Source of the DNA: a candidate division FCPU426 bacterium
GTDB lineage: Bacteria; Oederibacteriota; PGYV01; Palsa-1178
Length of the DNA: 64,000 nucleotides
Assembly (NCBI GenBank): GCA_963840035.1
Contig: CAWIXE010000003.1
Span: 320,001 to 384,000, forward strand
Direction: 5' to 3'
This document shows positions 37,137-47,200 of the stretch, in pieces. A program made the position numbers and the translations under genes. Positions within the stretch are counted from its first letter, which is position 1. Each line of letters starts with the position of its first letter. Under the pieces are notes generated by a model. The model did not search any database, was not told where the DNA came from, and worked only from the letters and a program-made list of their open reading frames with translations.

Positions 37137-37934
37137 GAGACACAGCAAGCTGTGTCTCTACGAAGGGCTAAACATGAAGGTATTAGTTCTTTGTAGAGAC
37201 GCAGACTTGCTGCGTCTCAGACGCCGGGCTTAAAACAGGGCAAAGGCGAGACACAGCAAGCTGTGTCTCTACGAAGGACTAAACCTGAAGGCGTTAGATC
37301 TTTGTAGAGACGCAGCTTGCTGCGTCTAAGACATTGGGCTTAAAACAGGACAAATGCGAGACACAGCAAGCTGTGTCTCTACGAAGGACTAAACCTGAAG
37401 GCATTAGTTCTTTGTAGAGACGCAGCTTGCTGCGTCTCAGACATTGGGCTTAAAACAGGGCAAAGGCGAGACACAGCAAGCTGTGTCTCTACGAAGGACT
37501 AAACCTGAAGGCGTTAGATCTTTGTAGAGACGCAGCTTGCTGCGTCTCGGACGTTGGGCTTAAAACAGGGCAAAGGCGAGACACAGCAAGCTGTGTCTCT
37601 ACGAAGGACTAAACCTGAAGGCGTTAGATCTTTGCAGAGACGCAGCTTGCCTGCGTCTCGGACGTTGGGCTTAAAACAGGGCAAAGGCGAGACACAGCAA
37701 ACTGTGTCTCTACGAAGGACTAAACCTGAAGGCGTTAGATCTTTGTAGAGACGCAGCTTGCTGCGTCTCAGACATTGGGCTTAAAACAGGAAAAATGCGA
37801 GACACAGCAAGCTGTGTCTCTACGAAGGACTAAACCTGAAGGCGTTAGATCTTTGTAGAGACGCAGCTTGCTGCGTCTCAGACGTTGGAACTTAAGGCAG
37901 GACAAATGCAAGACACAGCAAGCTGTGTCTCTAC
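37137..37934. repeat. right REP array: ~7.2 tandem copies of a 110-111-bp unit (15 family-B REPs)
   Basis: Reverse REPs at 37137, 37248, 37358, 37468, 37578, 37689, 37799, 37910; forward REPs at 37193, 37304, 37414, 37524, 37634, 37745, 37855; near-identical linkers. Confidence 0.97.
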
Positions 37935-37955
37935 GAAGACAATGCGGGTTTGTTG

Positions 37956-37964
37956 TGGTATAAT
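37956..37964 (+). promoter_or_regulatory. extended -10 promoter element for queF
   Basis: TG-g-TATAAT about 35 nt upstream of the ATG. Confidence 0.55.
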
Positions 37965-37997
37965 AACAAAACTAAAACGAACATACGAGGTGTTATC

Positions 37998-38387
37998 ATG
38001 GCTAAGGCTGAAGGCAGGACTTACGGGTTTGAAACGGAATCACGGATAGATACAAAGGCGCTGGAAACCATAAAATATACGGGCGAAAAGCAGCTTGTCG
38101 AGTATAAGACACGCGAATTCTCAGCTGTCTGCCCGTTTTCAGGGCTTCCTGATTACGCGGAAGTAATTATCAGGTATGTGCCTAAATCTGCAATAGTTGA
38201 ACTTAAATCCCTTAAATATTACTTTGTATCATTTCGAAACGTGGGTATTTACCAGGAAAAGGCTACGGACAGGATCTTCAAGGATATAAAAAAGCTTTTA
38301 AAACCCGGATACCTTTATGTTGAGACGGTTTATAATACCAGGGGCGGGATAGATTCGAAATGTATTATGGAAGCCGGCAAAAAATAG
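37998..38387 (+). CDS. queF: preQ0 reductase QueF (short type)
   Basis: EFSAVCPFSGLPD, YVP...VELKSLKYY, RN.GI..E, RGGI; RBS GAGG. Confidence 0.9.
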   Translation: MAKAEGRTYGFETESRIDTKALETIKYTGEKQLVEYKTREFSAVCPFSGLPDYAEVIIRYVPKSAIVELKSLKYYFVSFRNVGIYQEKATDRIFKDIKKLLKPGYLYVETVYNTRGGIDSKCIMEAGKK

Positions 38388-38454
38388 GGTGCCGGCGTAC
38401 GCAGCCTTAAGGCCGCTGCCGCAAAAGATCCGAACCAGACCAACGGAGGATGCC

Positions 38455-40080
38455 ATTAATATCAAATCAAAAATATTGAATACTAAATACGCTGTTGTTT
38501 TCATTTTACTTTTCCTGGTTTCCTGCACCAAACCGTTTTCCAAGCCGCTCACTTTTGAGGAACGGATAACATCCCACTCCCCGCAGATAGTTTTTGGGGC
38601 GCTTGCCGAACTGTGGCGCATTAAGGACAGCACAAACATTGTTCCTGTCATATCGCTGCTGAACGACCCGGTATTTATGGAATACGCGGCACAGGCATTA
38701 AACCTTCTCAATGACCAGTCTGTAGACAAAATTGTTCTGAGCGGGCTGGGGACCGGTGAAGGAAGCGAAGGCCTCCTTTTCTATGCATACCTGGCTGCCC
38801 GCGACAGGTATGTCAGCGGAGAGACCGCGGATTTCATAATGAAGAACATGGATAAGTTCAGCGGGCCCGGCAAGGTTTACGGGTGCATGCTGCTTTCCTT
38901 CGTGGATAAAAAGTACATATCAAAAGCCATTGACATAATGAAAAAAGAAAAAGCCGGGGGAGGGATATATGCGCTCCCGGAGTTATTGAGGCTTATCGGC
39001 GATAAAAGATACGCGCCTGGTTATGAATTTGCAGCGGGGATATACAATGAATGGGTGAGCGGGGAAATTCCAATGTTAAAGGAAATGGCGGCATGGGCCA
39101 TGCACAGGATAAGGCCTGTGGCTGGGTTTAAGCGCGATACAAAGGATAAAGTCATCATATCAAACCCGTACTTGATAAAGTACGGAGACAATCCGGTTTG
39201 GCCCGCTGTTCCGAACTCGTTTAAATCATGGCATACGGCAAATCCGGATATTTTTGCGGACAAAAACACCGTGTACATGTACTACAGGGCCGGTAACGGC
39301 ACCGACAGGATAGCGCTTGCCACGGTGCCCTACAACATTTTTAACGGAAAAAACTTCATGGACGCGCCAAATAATCCGATAGTCGACACTTCGACAAACG
39401 GGTTTGACAGCGGAGCCGTACTTGACCCTTCGGTGATACTTTTTAAAGGTAAAATGTTCCTGTATTATAGCGGCCTGGGCAAAGGCGAAGACTCCATAGG
39501 GCTTGCAACATCAAAAGATTTCTATAATTTCACAAAAGCTGAAAAGCCGGTGCTGATTGGCAGGGCGCCGGAAGTTGTAAACAAGGACGGGATTCTTTAT
39601 ATGTTTTACGTGCTTATGAACGGAGCGGGCGGGTATGAGATTCACCTTGCCACTTCCGATAACGGTTATGATTTTATGCCTTACGGTAAAGGGCCCATCT
39701 TTGAAAAAGAGGGGGAAGGGGCATGGGATTCCATGACAGTCACCACGCCGAGGATCTTTTTTTATGACGGTATGTATTATATGCTGTATGCCGGCGATGA
39801 CAAGTACAGGGACTACCCGCCTTATTTGGGACTGGCTTTCTCATACGACCTCATACACTGGATAAGATCCACGCAAAACCCCATATTTTCAAGGGGAAAA
39901 CAGGGAACATGGGAAGACGGCGCCATATGGTACGGAGACCTCTTTAATTATAAGGAAAAGTGGTATTTATACTACGAAGGCTGGGGCGGCGGGGACAGCC
40001 ATACTGCCGAGTACGGGCGTGGAGGCAGGTCGCAGGTGGGGGTTGCTACGGGGGATTTTGATATTAAAGACTTGCTATAA
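38455..40080 (+). CDS. lipoprotein with helical N-domain and 5-bladed beta-propeller glycosidase (GH43/GH130-like); start uncertain
   Basis: Lipobox LVSC; repeats ANP, LDPSV, IGLATS.D, WDS.....P, LGLA.S.DL.HW.R...NPI. Confidence 0.75.
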   Translation: MNIKSKILNTKYAVVFILLFLVSCTKPFSKPLTFEERITSHSPQIVFGALAELWRIKDSTNIVPVISLLNDPVFMEYAAQALNLLNDQSVDKIVLSGLGTGEGSEGLLFYAYLAARDRYVSGETADFIMKNMDKFSGPGKVYGCMLLSFVDKKYISKAIDIMKKEKAGGGIYALPELLRLIGDKRYAPGYEFAAGIYNEWVSGEIPMLKEMAAWAMHRIRPVAGFKRDTKDKVIISNPYLIKYGDNPVWPAVPNSFKSWHTANPDIFADKNTVYMYYRAGNGTDRIALATVPYNIFNGKNFMDAPNNPIVDTSTNGFDSGAVLDPSVILFKGKMFLYYSGLGKGEDSIGLATSKDFYNFTKAEKPVLIGRAPEVVNKDGILYMFYVLMNGAGGYEIHLATSDNGYDFMPYGKGPIFEKEGEGAWDSMTVTTPRIFFYDGMYYMLYAGDDKYRDYPPYLGLAFSYDLIHWIRSTQNPIFSRGKQGTWEDGAIWYGDLFNYKEKWYLYYEGWGGGDSHTAEYGRGGRSQVGVATGDFDIKDLL

Positions 40081-40174
40081 TTTTCAATTCTAAATTTTCA
40101 ATTTTCAATTAACGGCAAGTCTGGTACTATGTATGGGTAAGTAATTTAAAATTTAAAATTTATCGGAGGGATAC

Positions 40175-40609
40175 ATGGATCACAAATTTCTATTCGAAGA
40201 AAAGACATGGAAAGCGAAAGGGACTTACCTTGACGAGCGCGGGAAGAAGATAACTGTTACCGGCACTACGAAAGTCACTCACAAGTTCGGGAAATGGGTG
40301 GTTGAGGGCGATATACTTGTGCCAATGAACGGCGATAAGACGCTGGAGCTGCGCAATGTGTACAGCGTGAAACCCTTAAAGGCAAACCAGACCGAAACAA
40401 CCTGGGAATGCGCGAATAAAATCGTGGGCAAGTTCACGGGCAGGTTCTTTATTTCCGGCAATGTAATAATCTCAACATACGCCACGAAAGACGGCAAGTA
40501 CCGCGGGTATGAGATATTCAAGCTGCTCGGGGCTGGCAGGTATGAGAACCTGGGCGAGGATTGTTTTGAAGGCAAGAGGATCTCGTCATGGAATTTGAGT
40601 TTAGTGTAA
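40175..40609 (+). CDS. hypothetical beta-rich protein
   Basis: RBS GGAGG; 144-aa ORF. Confidence 0.75.
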   Translation: MDHKFLFEEKTWKAKGTYLDERGKKITVTGTTKVTHKFGKWVVEGDILVPMNGDKTLELRNVYSVKPLKANQTETTWECANKIVGKFTGRFFISGNVIISTYATKDGKYRGYEIFKLLGAGRYENLGEDCFEGKRISSWNLSLV

Positions 40610-40699
40610 TAATTTTATTTGAGTGAAAGAGACAAGAGAATGGAGACAGGAGTAAGGCCGGCCGTATAGGACGAAAGGCTTGTGTTTTATGTTGTTGTT

Positions 40700-40759
40700 G
40701 TAGCGGGAGGATATTATCCGCCCGACGCTAAGGCCGGGCGCATGATATGCGCCCGCTAC
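40700..40759. repeat. REPIN (GTAGCGGG-type)
   Basis: GTAGCGGGAGGATATTATCCGCCCG...CGGGCGCATGATATGCGCCCGCTAC. Confidence 0.8.
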
Positions 40760-40776
40760 AAAAACGGGGAATTACC

Positions 40777-41628
40777 ATTAAAAAATTCAAAAAAACCTAC
40801 ATAGAGATAACAAACGCCTGTAATATGGCGTGTAAGTTCTGCCCTAAGACCAAGCGCAAACCCGCGTTCATGGATATTAAGATGTTTGAGTCCATCCTTA
40901 AAAAAATATCCGGGCATTCGCACTTTCTTTACTTCCATGTCATGGGCGAGCCCCTCATGCATCCTGATATCGCAAAATTTCTTGACTTGTGCGACAAATA
41001 CGGGTTTGAGGTGAACTTGACCACTAACGGAACACTGGTGAATGTCCTGGAAAAAATCGCCGGCAAACCTGCTTTACGGCAGGTGAATTTTTCATTGCAT
41101 AGCCACAAGAATGATAAAGAATACCTGGACAGGATATTTAAATTCGTTGACGACACCCGCGACACGGGATTGCTCATAGCGCTGCGGCTATGGAACCATG
41201 AAGAAGGTAAAGAAGGCGGGAACAGGGAAATGTTGGAACGCATAAGCGCAAGATTTTTTAACGGAAAGGAACTGCAGGACAAACCCACGCACGTACGAGG
41301 CATAAAGATAAGCCACAACATATTTTTAAACCAGTCAATGGAGTTTGAATGGCCTTCGCTGTCAAATAAGGAAATTGGCGGCAGGGGCGCATGCAACGGA
41401 TTGCGCGACCAGGCGGCCATACTCGTTGACGGCACTGTGGTGCCGTGCTGCCTGGACGCGGAAGGCGTCATTAACCTGGGGAACATAATGGACGGGGATT
41501 TGAATTCCATAATAAAATCAAAACGCGGCAGGGATTTTTATAATAACTTCGGGCGCGGGATAGTGGTTGAGGAACTTTGCAGGAAGTGCAGTTACAGGCA
41601 GCGGTTTGATAAAAGAATAACCTTGTAA
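40777..41628 (+). CDS. radical SAM protein with SPASM/twitch domain
   Basis: YIEITN.CNMACKFC (CxxxCxxC), GEPL.HP, TTNG, C.G......IL.DGTVVPCCLD, LGNI, C..C. Confidence 0.92.
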   Translation: MKKFKKTYIEITNACNMACKFCPKTKRKPAFMDIKMFESILKKISGHSHFLYFHVMGEPLMHPDIAKFLDLCDKYGFEVNLTTNGTLVNVLEKIAGKPALRQVNFSLHSHKNDKEYLDRIFKFVDDTRDTGLLIALRLWNHEEGKEGGNREMLERISARFFNGKELQDKPTHVRGIKISHNIFLNQSMEFEWPSLSNKEIGGRGACNGLRDQAAILVDGTVVPCCLDAEGVINLGNIMDGDLNSIIKSKRGRDFYNNFGRGIVVEELCRKCSYRQRFDKRITL

Positions 41629-41673
41629 TTTATACACTGTGTTTGTTTGTGTAAAAAGGCAAAGGCAAAGGCC

Positions 41674-41770
41674 GGGCGAGCCGCCGGCTCGCCCCTACGA
41701 AAACAATGCAGAAAAACAAAGCGTATCATGATTTGTTTTGTCTTCGTAGGGGCGAGCCGGTGGCTCGCCC
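41674..41770. repeat. family-A REP pair (CTAC...GTAG orientation) between convergent genes
   Basis: gggcgagccgccggctcgcccctac...gtaggggcgagccggtggctcgccc. Confidence 0.88.
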
Positions 41771-41800
41771 GGCTTTTGTTTTGTTTGTTGCATTAAACCG

Positions 41801-43804
41801 TTATTTTAACAGCAATAATACACACTTCTTTTCTATACTCTGGTTCCTGTTGCTCAATATCAGGCAATAATAATAAGTTCCGGCAGCCAGCCCTGAAGTA
41901 ACTGCCGGTCCAACCTGAAATGAATTTGTCCCGGGGCCATATTTTTCGTTCAGCGTTATTTTTCTTATTAACCTTCCCGATACCGTATATAACTTTAATT
42001 CCGTTTTTTCAGCGGTGCCGCTTATGCGAAATCCTATGGTAATGCCGGAACTTTTTACGGATGGATTCGGGTAGCAGTAAACCGGCCTGGTTCCTACAAA
42101 GGCAAGTCCTTCATTTAATACAACCGTAACAGTTGATGTGGCAGTGGCGGAAGCTGCCGGGACTGCCGTGACAGTCGATGATGGCGGCGGGGTGATGGTA
42201 AAAGTAGGCGTATTTAAAGGCAAAACAGTGCGCGTGCTGGTTGACGTGGCCGTGGAAGTAAAGCTGAAAGTGGGTGTAAATGACGGGCTGTTTTGGGCGG
42301 TTGGCGTCTCTGTGACGGTATGAGTTCCTGTAATTAACGCTGTTATTGTATTAGACGGTGAAACGGAGATTACAGGGGAGCATACCGCTGTAACTGAAGG
42401 TGTGGCTGTAAAGCAGGCGGTACTTACTGAGGTTAAAGTTTGCGCAGCTGTCGCTGTGGCGGTTTGTGAGGCTGTTATTTCAACGGTTAAGGTATAAGTC
42501 GCTGAAGCAGTGGCGGTTTTTGTGCGCGATGATGTAAATGTAGCGGAGGGTACAGGCGTTGCTGTCTTTGTGGCTGTAAGCGTGGAAGTATTTGCGGCGG
42601 TTGAGGTCAGGGTGTTTGTGGGCGTTGGCGTATAAGTCGCTGTCACAACCGTTGTAAATGTTTTTGTCTGTGTGCGCGTAAAAGTTTTTGTGGCCGCCGG
42701 TGTGTGGGTCTTTGTCACAACCTGCGTAAATGTTTTTGTCGCGGCAGCGGTAAATGTCTTGGTGGAGATTGGGGTAAAAGTCCTTGTGGCAGCCGGCGTG
42801 AATGTTTTTGTTGACGCAGGCGTATTTGTCTTGGTGGGGACCGGGATGCTGCACGCGCCGCCGTTTAACACAAGCGCGGCCGGAAGAATGGAGGCGTCAA
42901 TGGCGGCGTTGAAATTATTGCCGCTCTGCACCAGGCCTGTGCAGCACGGACAATTGTACCAGCCGTTTAATACGCCATCCTTACGGAACCACTTGACCTT
43001 ATTATTTATAACTGAAATTGATGAGCCTTCGCAGGGAAAGCCGGCCGCGATCTCGCTGGCTAAGCCTACGTACAGCCCTACGTTCGTCCATGCCTGCCTG
43101 GCCCCGTATATCTGGTTGTTTTTTATCGTAATGTTATATCCCGCGGGGCAGCCTATGCCGTACTGGCCCACATCGACCAATATATTGTCCTCCACGCGCA
43201 GGTCATGGCCGCCGTTATCCCCGAGCATGATGCCTCCGCCCGAAGTGCTCGGCCCGCCGCCGCGCAGTTTATTGCCGATTATCTGGATAGGGTCGGCTGA
43301 TGTGCCAGCTGAGGCGTACATGTTTATGAGGTCTTCCGGCGAACCCGTGCCGAAGGTATGGTCCAGGATGTTGTAATTGACCCGGTTGCCCGTGCCTGAG
43401 CAGGTGTTGAACTGGACCATCTGACCGCGCGGCTTGGCGCCCGCTATGTTTTTAAAACTGTTGCATGAAACGTCAATGCCGCCCGTGCAATTGACGGCAT
43501 AAACGCCGCTGCGGAAATTCTCGAAATAGCCTCCTGAAATCTTCACGTTCGAGCAGTTCATCAGCTGCACGCCGATGATGTCCTTGGTAAGGTAAAAGCC
43601 GCAGTTAATAATCTCGACGTTTGTGCAGTTGGTAAGGTATATGGCCGCGCCATTCACGCCCGCGGTAAAACTTTTACCGCTTATTATGATATTTGACTGG
43701 CCGCTTAAGGTAATGGGGGATGACGCGGTATAAGCGGAAACAAAGCAGGGGTATAAACCGCAAAAGAATATCAACAGCAGTTTTATATAATGTAGTTTCC
43801 TCAT
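41801..43804 (-). CDS. secreted right-handed beta-helix protein with Thr-rich linker and T9SS-type-A-like CTD
   Basis: Signal peptide; Asn-ladder repeats; ~240-aa T/P linker; CYPNP...LYTVSGRLIR...LAAGTYYY. Confidence 0.85.
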   Translation of the reverse strand: MRKLHYIKLLLIFFCGLYPCFVSAYTASSPITLSGQSNIIISGKSFTAGVNGAAIYLTNCTNVEIINCGFYLTKDIIGVQLMNCSNVKISGGYFENFRSGVYAVNCTGGIDVSCNSFKNIAGAKPRGQMVQFNTCSGTGNRVNYNILDHTFGTGSPEDLINMYASAGTSADPIQIIGNKLRGGGPSTSGGGIMLGDNGGHDLRVEDNILVDVGQYGIGCPAGYNITIKNNQIYGARQAWTNVGLYVGLASEIAAGFPCEGSSISVINNKVKWFRKDGVLNGWYNCPCCTGLVQSGNNFNAAIDASILPAALVLNGGACSIPVPTKTNTPASTKTFTPAATRTFTPISTKTFTAAATKTFTQVVTKTHTPAATKTFTRTQTKTFTTVVTATYTPTPTNTLTSTAANTSTLTATKTATPVPSATFTSSRTKTATASATYTLTVEITASQTATATAAQTLTSVSTACFTATPSVTAVCSPVISVSPSNTITALITGTHTVTETPTAQNSPSFTPTFSFTSTATSTSTRTVLPLNTPTFTITPPPSSTVTAVPAASATATSTVTVVLNEGLAFVGTRPVYCYPNPSVKSSGITIGFRISGTAEKTELKLYTVSGRLIRKITLNEKYGPGTNSFQVGPAVTSGLAAGTYYYCLILSNRNQSIEKKCVLLLLK

Positions 43805-44227
43805 TGCTCCTCCTTAAGATTAACCGGTTAAGCAGAAGTATAACTTATTCCGGCTGTAAAAGTCAAGAAAAAGCATGATTTAATTTTAAGGCAGGATATC
43901 TTTACAGCCATACATGCCGAATATTACCACAAAAGCAGTCGGGTTTAACCAGCCCTAAAAGCGTAATTTTAGGGAAACTATTTCATGCCTGATGCTGTCT
44001 AATTATTATAGTAAAAAAAGGTTTTTACGGGCAAATAACATAATTGCCTTTATAAATAAAGAAAAAACAGTAAAATCGTCAAAAACGCGAAAATGCGATA
44101 TTTTGCGTTTTGTATCTTAAATCACTTGATTTTAGGGGTGTTTATTATACAATTGTTATTGCGTCTTCACTATTATATGCGCATTTTATTTTAATGCCCA
44201 TGTGAAGGCGAAAAAAGGGGTTATATT

Positions 44228-47200
44228 TTGGCGGCAAGGAAACTACATAGTTTCCAGAGATTGATTCTATTGCTATCTTTATTTACGGCTATTTTTCTGC
44301 CTGCTTACCTGAACGCGGGCGTTTTAGTCATGGAAAAATCGAGCACAAAGTTTATCGCCGCCATGGGCGAGACGGTAAATTACTGCATCACCATAAACCC
44401 CCAGTACGTCACCCCCAAAGCGGATATAATCTGGGTCATAGACCGCAGCGGGTCCATGTCGTACGGCATAGACAACATCCTTGCCAACATGCGCTATTTT
44501 ACCGAACAGTTAACCGGAAGGAAGATAGACTACAGGCAGGGGCTTGTAACTTTTGTCGACGGTTTTTATGACAATTACGGTTTTGCGGACAATGATGACA
44601 AATTTAAAAGCTGGCTCGCGGACATACCCGTGGGAGGCGGCATAGAGCCTGATCTTGAAGCGCTATATGAGGCAAATAATGTGCCGTGGAGGCCGGACGC
44701 TTCAAAGACCATGATACTTATCACTGACGAAGGCATTCCCTGCGCTGAGGCTGGCGGCGACCCGCTTTATGTCAGCCTAACCGCCAGCGACCTTTATTCG
44801 CAGGGTGTCATCATACACGCCATAACTTACAACCCTTCAATCGCCGGTTATGAGTCCTATAAGTGCAACCCGAAATTCCTGCCTCCTTTAGCGGGCGGCG
44901 TCTGGCTGGACTATAACACTCCGCCGTCCGGATGGAATGTATTCCTGCAGATATTAGGCGAAGCCATAGCCACGATGAATGACGTGAAAATAACGGACCC
45001 TGTGCCGCCGGATTTAATACCCGTGCCGGGAAGCGCGGGTACCGGGGTAATAACCGGCAATGAAATCGTATGGAACTTCACGCAGGTTGACAGGGGCGCG
45101 CCTTTCCAGGTGTGTTTTGACGCAGTGGTAAATACGCCTTTCTACAACACTGTCTCAAACACGGCTTACGGACAGGCCTCAGGCATAAGCAGGACAGCTT
45201 CAAACTCGGTTTTCATAAACATGGCGACATTTACCTCGACACCGACTTATACATGCACGCCGACATTTACTGCCACGCGCACATATTCAAATACTAAGAC
45301 GGCAACATCCACCAGGACGCCGAGCATGACCCGCACGCACACGCATACTCCGAGCGCGACAAAAACAATCACGGATACGGCCACACCGAGCGCTACAAGA
45401 ACCGGGACTAAGACCGTTACTGAAACGTGCTCGCCTTCTGATACGAGCACTGCCACGCCGACTGCCACCCAAAGCGCTACACAGACAATCACAAAGACAG
45501 CCACGCCGACATGTACTGATACTCCAACAGTGTCGCCCACATACACGGGGACAATAACGCGCACAGCAACACCGACTTCCACGCCGACTTATACACGGAC
45601 TGCTACAGGCACCTATACCATAACGGCTACGGGCACGCAGCAGGCGACATATACTGACACACCAACACCTACAGCCACGGCGACTAAGGATGTGGATCAT
45701 TACATTATCGGGGCGCCGGCAAGCGTTCCCGCGGGCGTGCCTTTTTACATAACAGTCACGGCAATTACAAGCACATGGTACGGCAGCCTCGTCGCGGATA
45801 ATTACGCGGGGACCGCTTTCTTCGCGACAAGTTCGCCGCTTTATTCGCTGCCTGCGAATTACACATATATACCGGCTTCTGATTATGGTTCGCATATTTT
45901 TCAGGTGACGCTGATGACGCCGGGGATGCAGTCGGTTACCGCCACTGATACAGTGGACGCGTCTGTCACGGGGCTGGCAAACATACTTGTGACATCGGGC
46001 AATGCCGCGTATTTCACCATAGACGCGCCGGCAACCGCGGTAGCGGGCGATGTCTTCTACATAACAGTCACGGCGAAGGACGCGTATAATAACGTAGTTA
46101 CCGGCTATACCGGCACCGCCGGGTTTGAATCCACGGACGCGCAGTGGGTATCCCCGGGAGACGTGCCGTTTTACGCCGCGGATCAGGGAAAAAAGATACT
46201 TGCGGTCACTATGAAGACTTCGGGCATACAAAAAATATACTGCGAAGACATCATGAACAGCGCCATAAACGGGACCAGCAACGATATCATAATAACGCAC
46301 TCGGTTATCTCGGGCTTTACAGTGTCGGCGCCGACCATAGTCAATACCGGCACGCAGTTTACCTATGTGGTAACCGCGCGCGACGCTTATAACAACGTAA
46401 TAGAAGACTATACAGGCACTGTTCACTTCACATCCACTGACGGCGGCGCAACACTTCCCGCAAATTATACATTCCTGCCGTCCGACTCGGGCTCCAGGAT
46501 ATTCACAGGCGCGCTTGCCGCAAACGGGACACAGTACATATCGGTTAATGACACCCTGCAGCCTTTAAGCGCCGGCACCAGCAACGCGATTAACGCTGTC
46601 ACGCCGCCCACGCAGTACAACAGGCCGCTGCTTTTAACTTCGTACCTTACGCAGCCAAACCACTACGAGTTCTGTTACATAAGGATTGACGACAGAAACT
46701 TTACATTTACCTCAACCGCCAACTATCTGGAGTATGATGTTTACGTCCCTGATTACAGTTCCAACTTCTACTGTTCCACGGAATTTCAGGATGGCGTTTA
46801 CCCGGGCGACGGTAATGACATGAGGGATTATGGACAGACAACTCAGGATTACATAAAGGACCAGAACGGCATAAGGATACACCCGTCCATGGACATATCC
46901 ATATTTGCCAAGGGAAAATGGTACCACAGGAAATTTGACGTAAGTTCGCTGCAGCCGACGGGATATTACAGCAACGGCTTCCTCTCGCAGGACACGGGTA
47001 ATATAGGATACAATGGTGCGCCTTCAAATAACGCGGGTACTTTCAACGCTTTTTTTAACAACATTGCCGTAAAAACATCCGGGGGAACTGTTGTGCATAA
47101 TGTCTTTTCCAACGACACCACGATGAAAATTGGCGGCGGCGTGGTGTACAGCGGCATGACAAACCCTTCCTGGCGGACAGACGCAACTTATCCGCTTGAT

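Noticed and set aside
37554..37748. 64-aa ORF in the array, and similar ORFs at 22866, 24006, 4605, 9823
   Set aside because: These are translations of REP elements with no coding signal.
37137..37934. CRISPR array
   Set aside because: Linkers are near-identical rather than unique, repeats alternate in orientation, and the adjacent gene is a RAYT; no cas gene is in the window.
37935..37997. preQ1 riboswitch upstream of queF
   Set aside because: No recognisable preQ1 stem-loop with A-rich tail, and the leader after the -10 is very short; an Rfam scan would be decisive.
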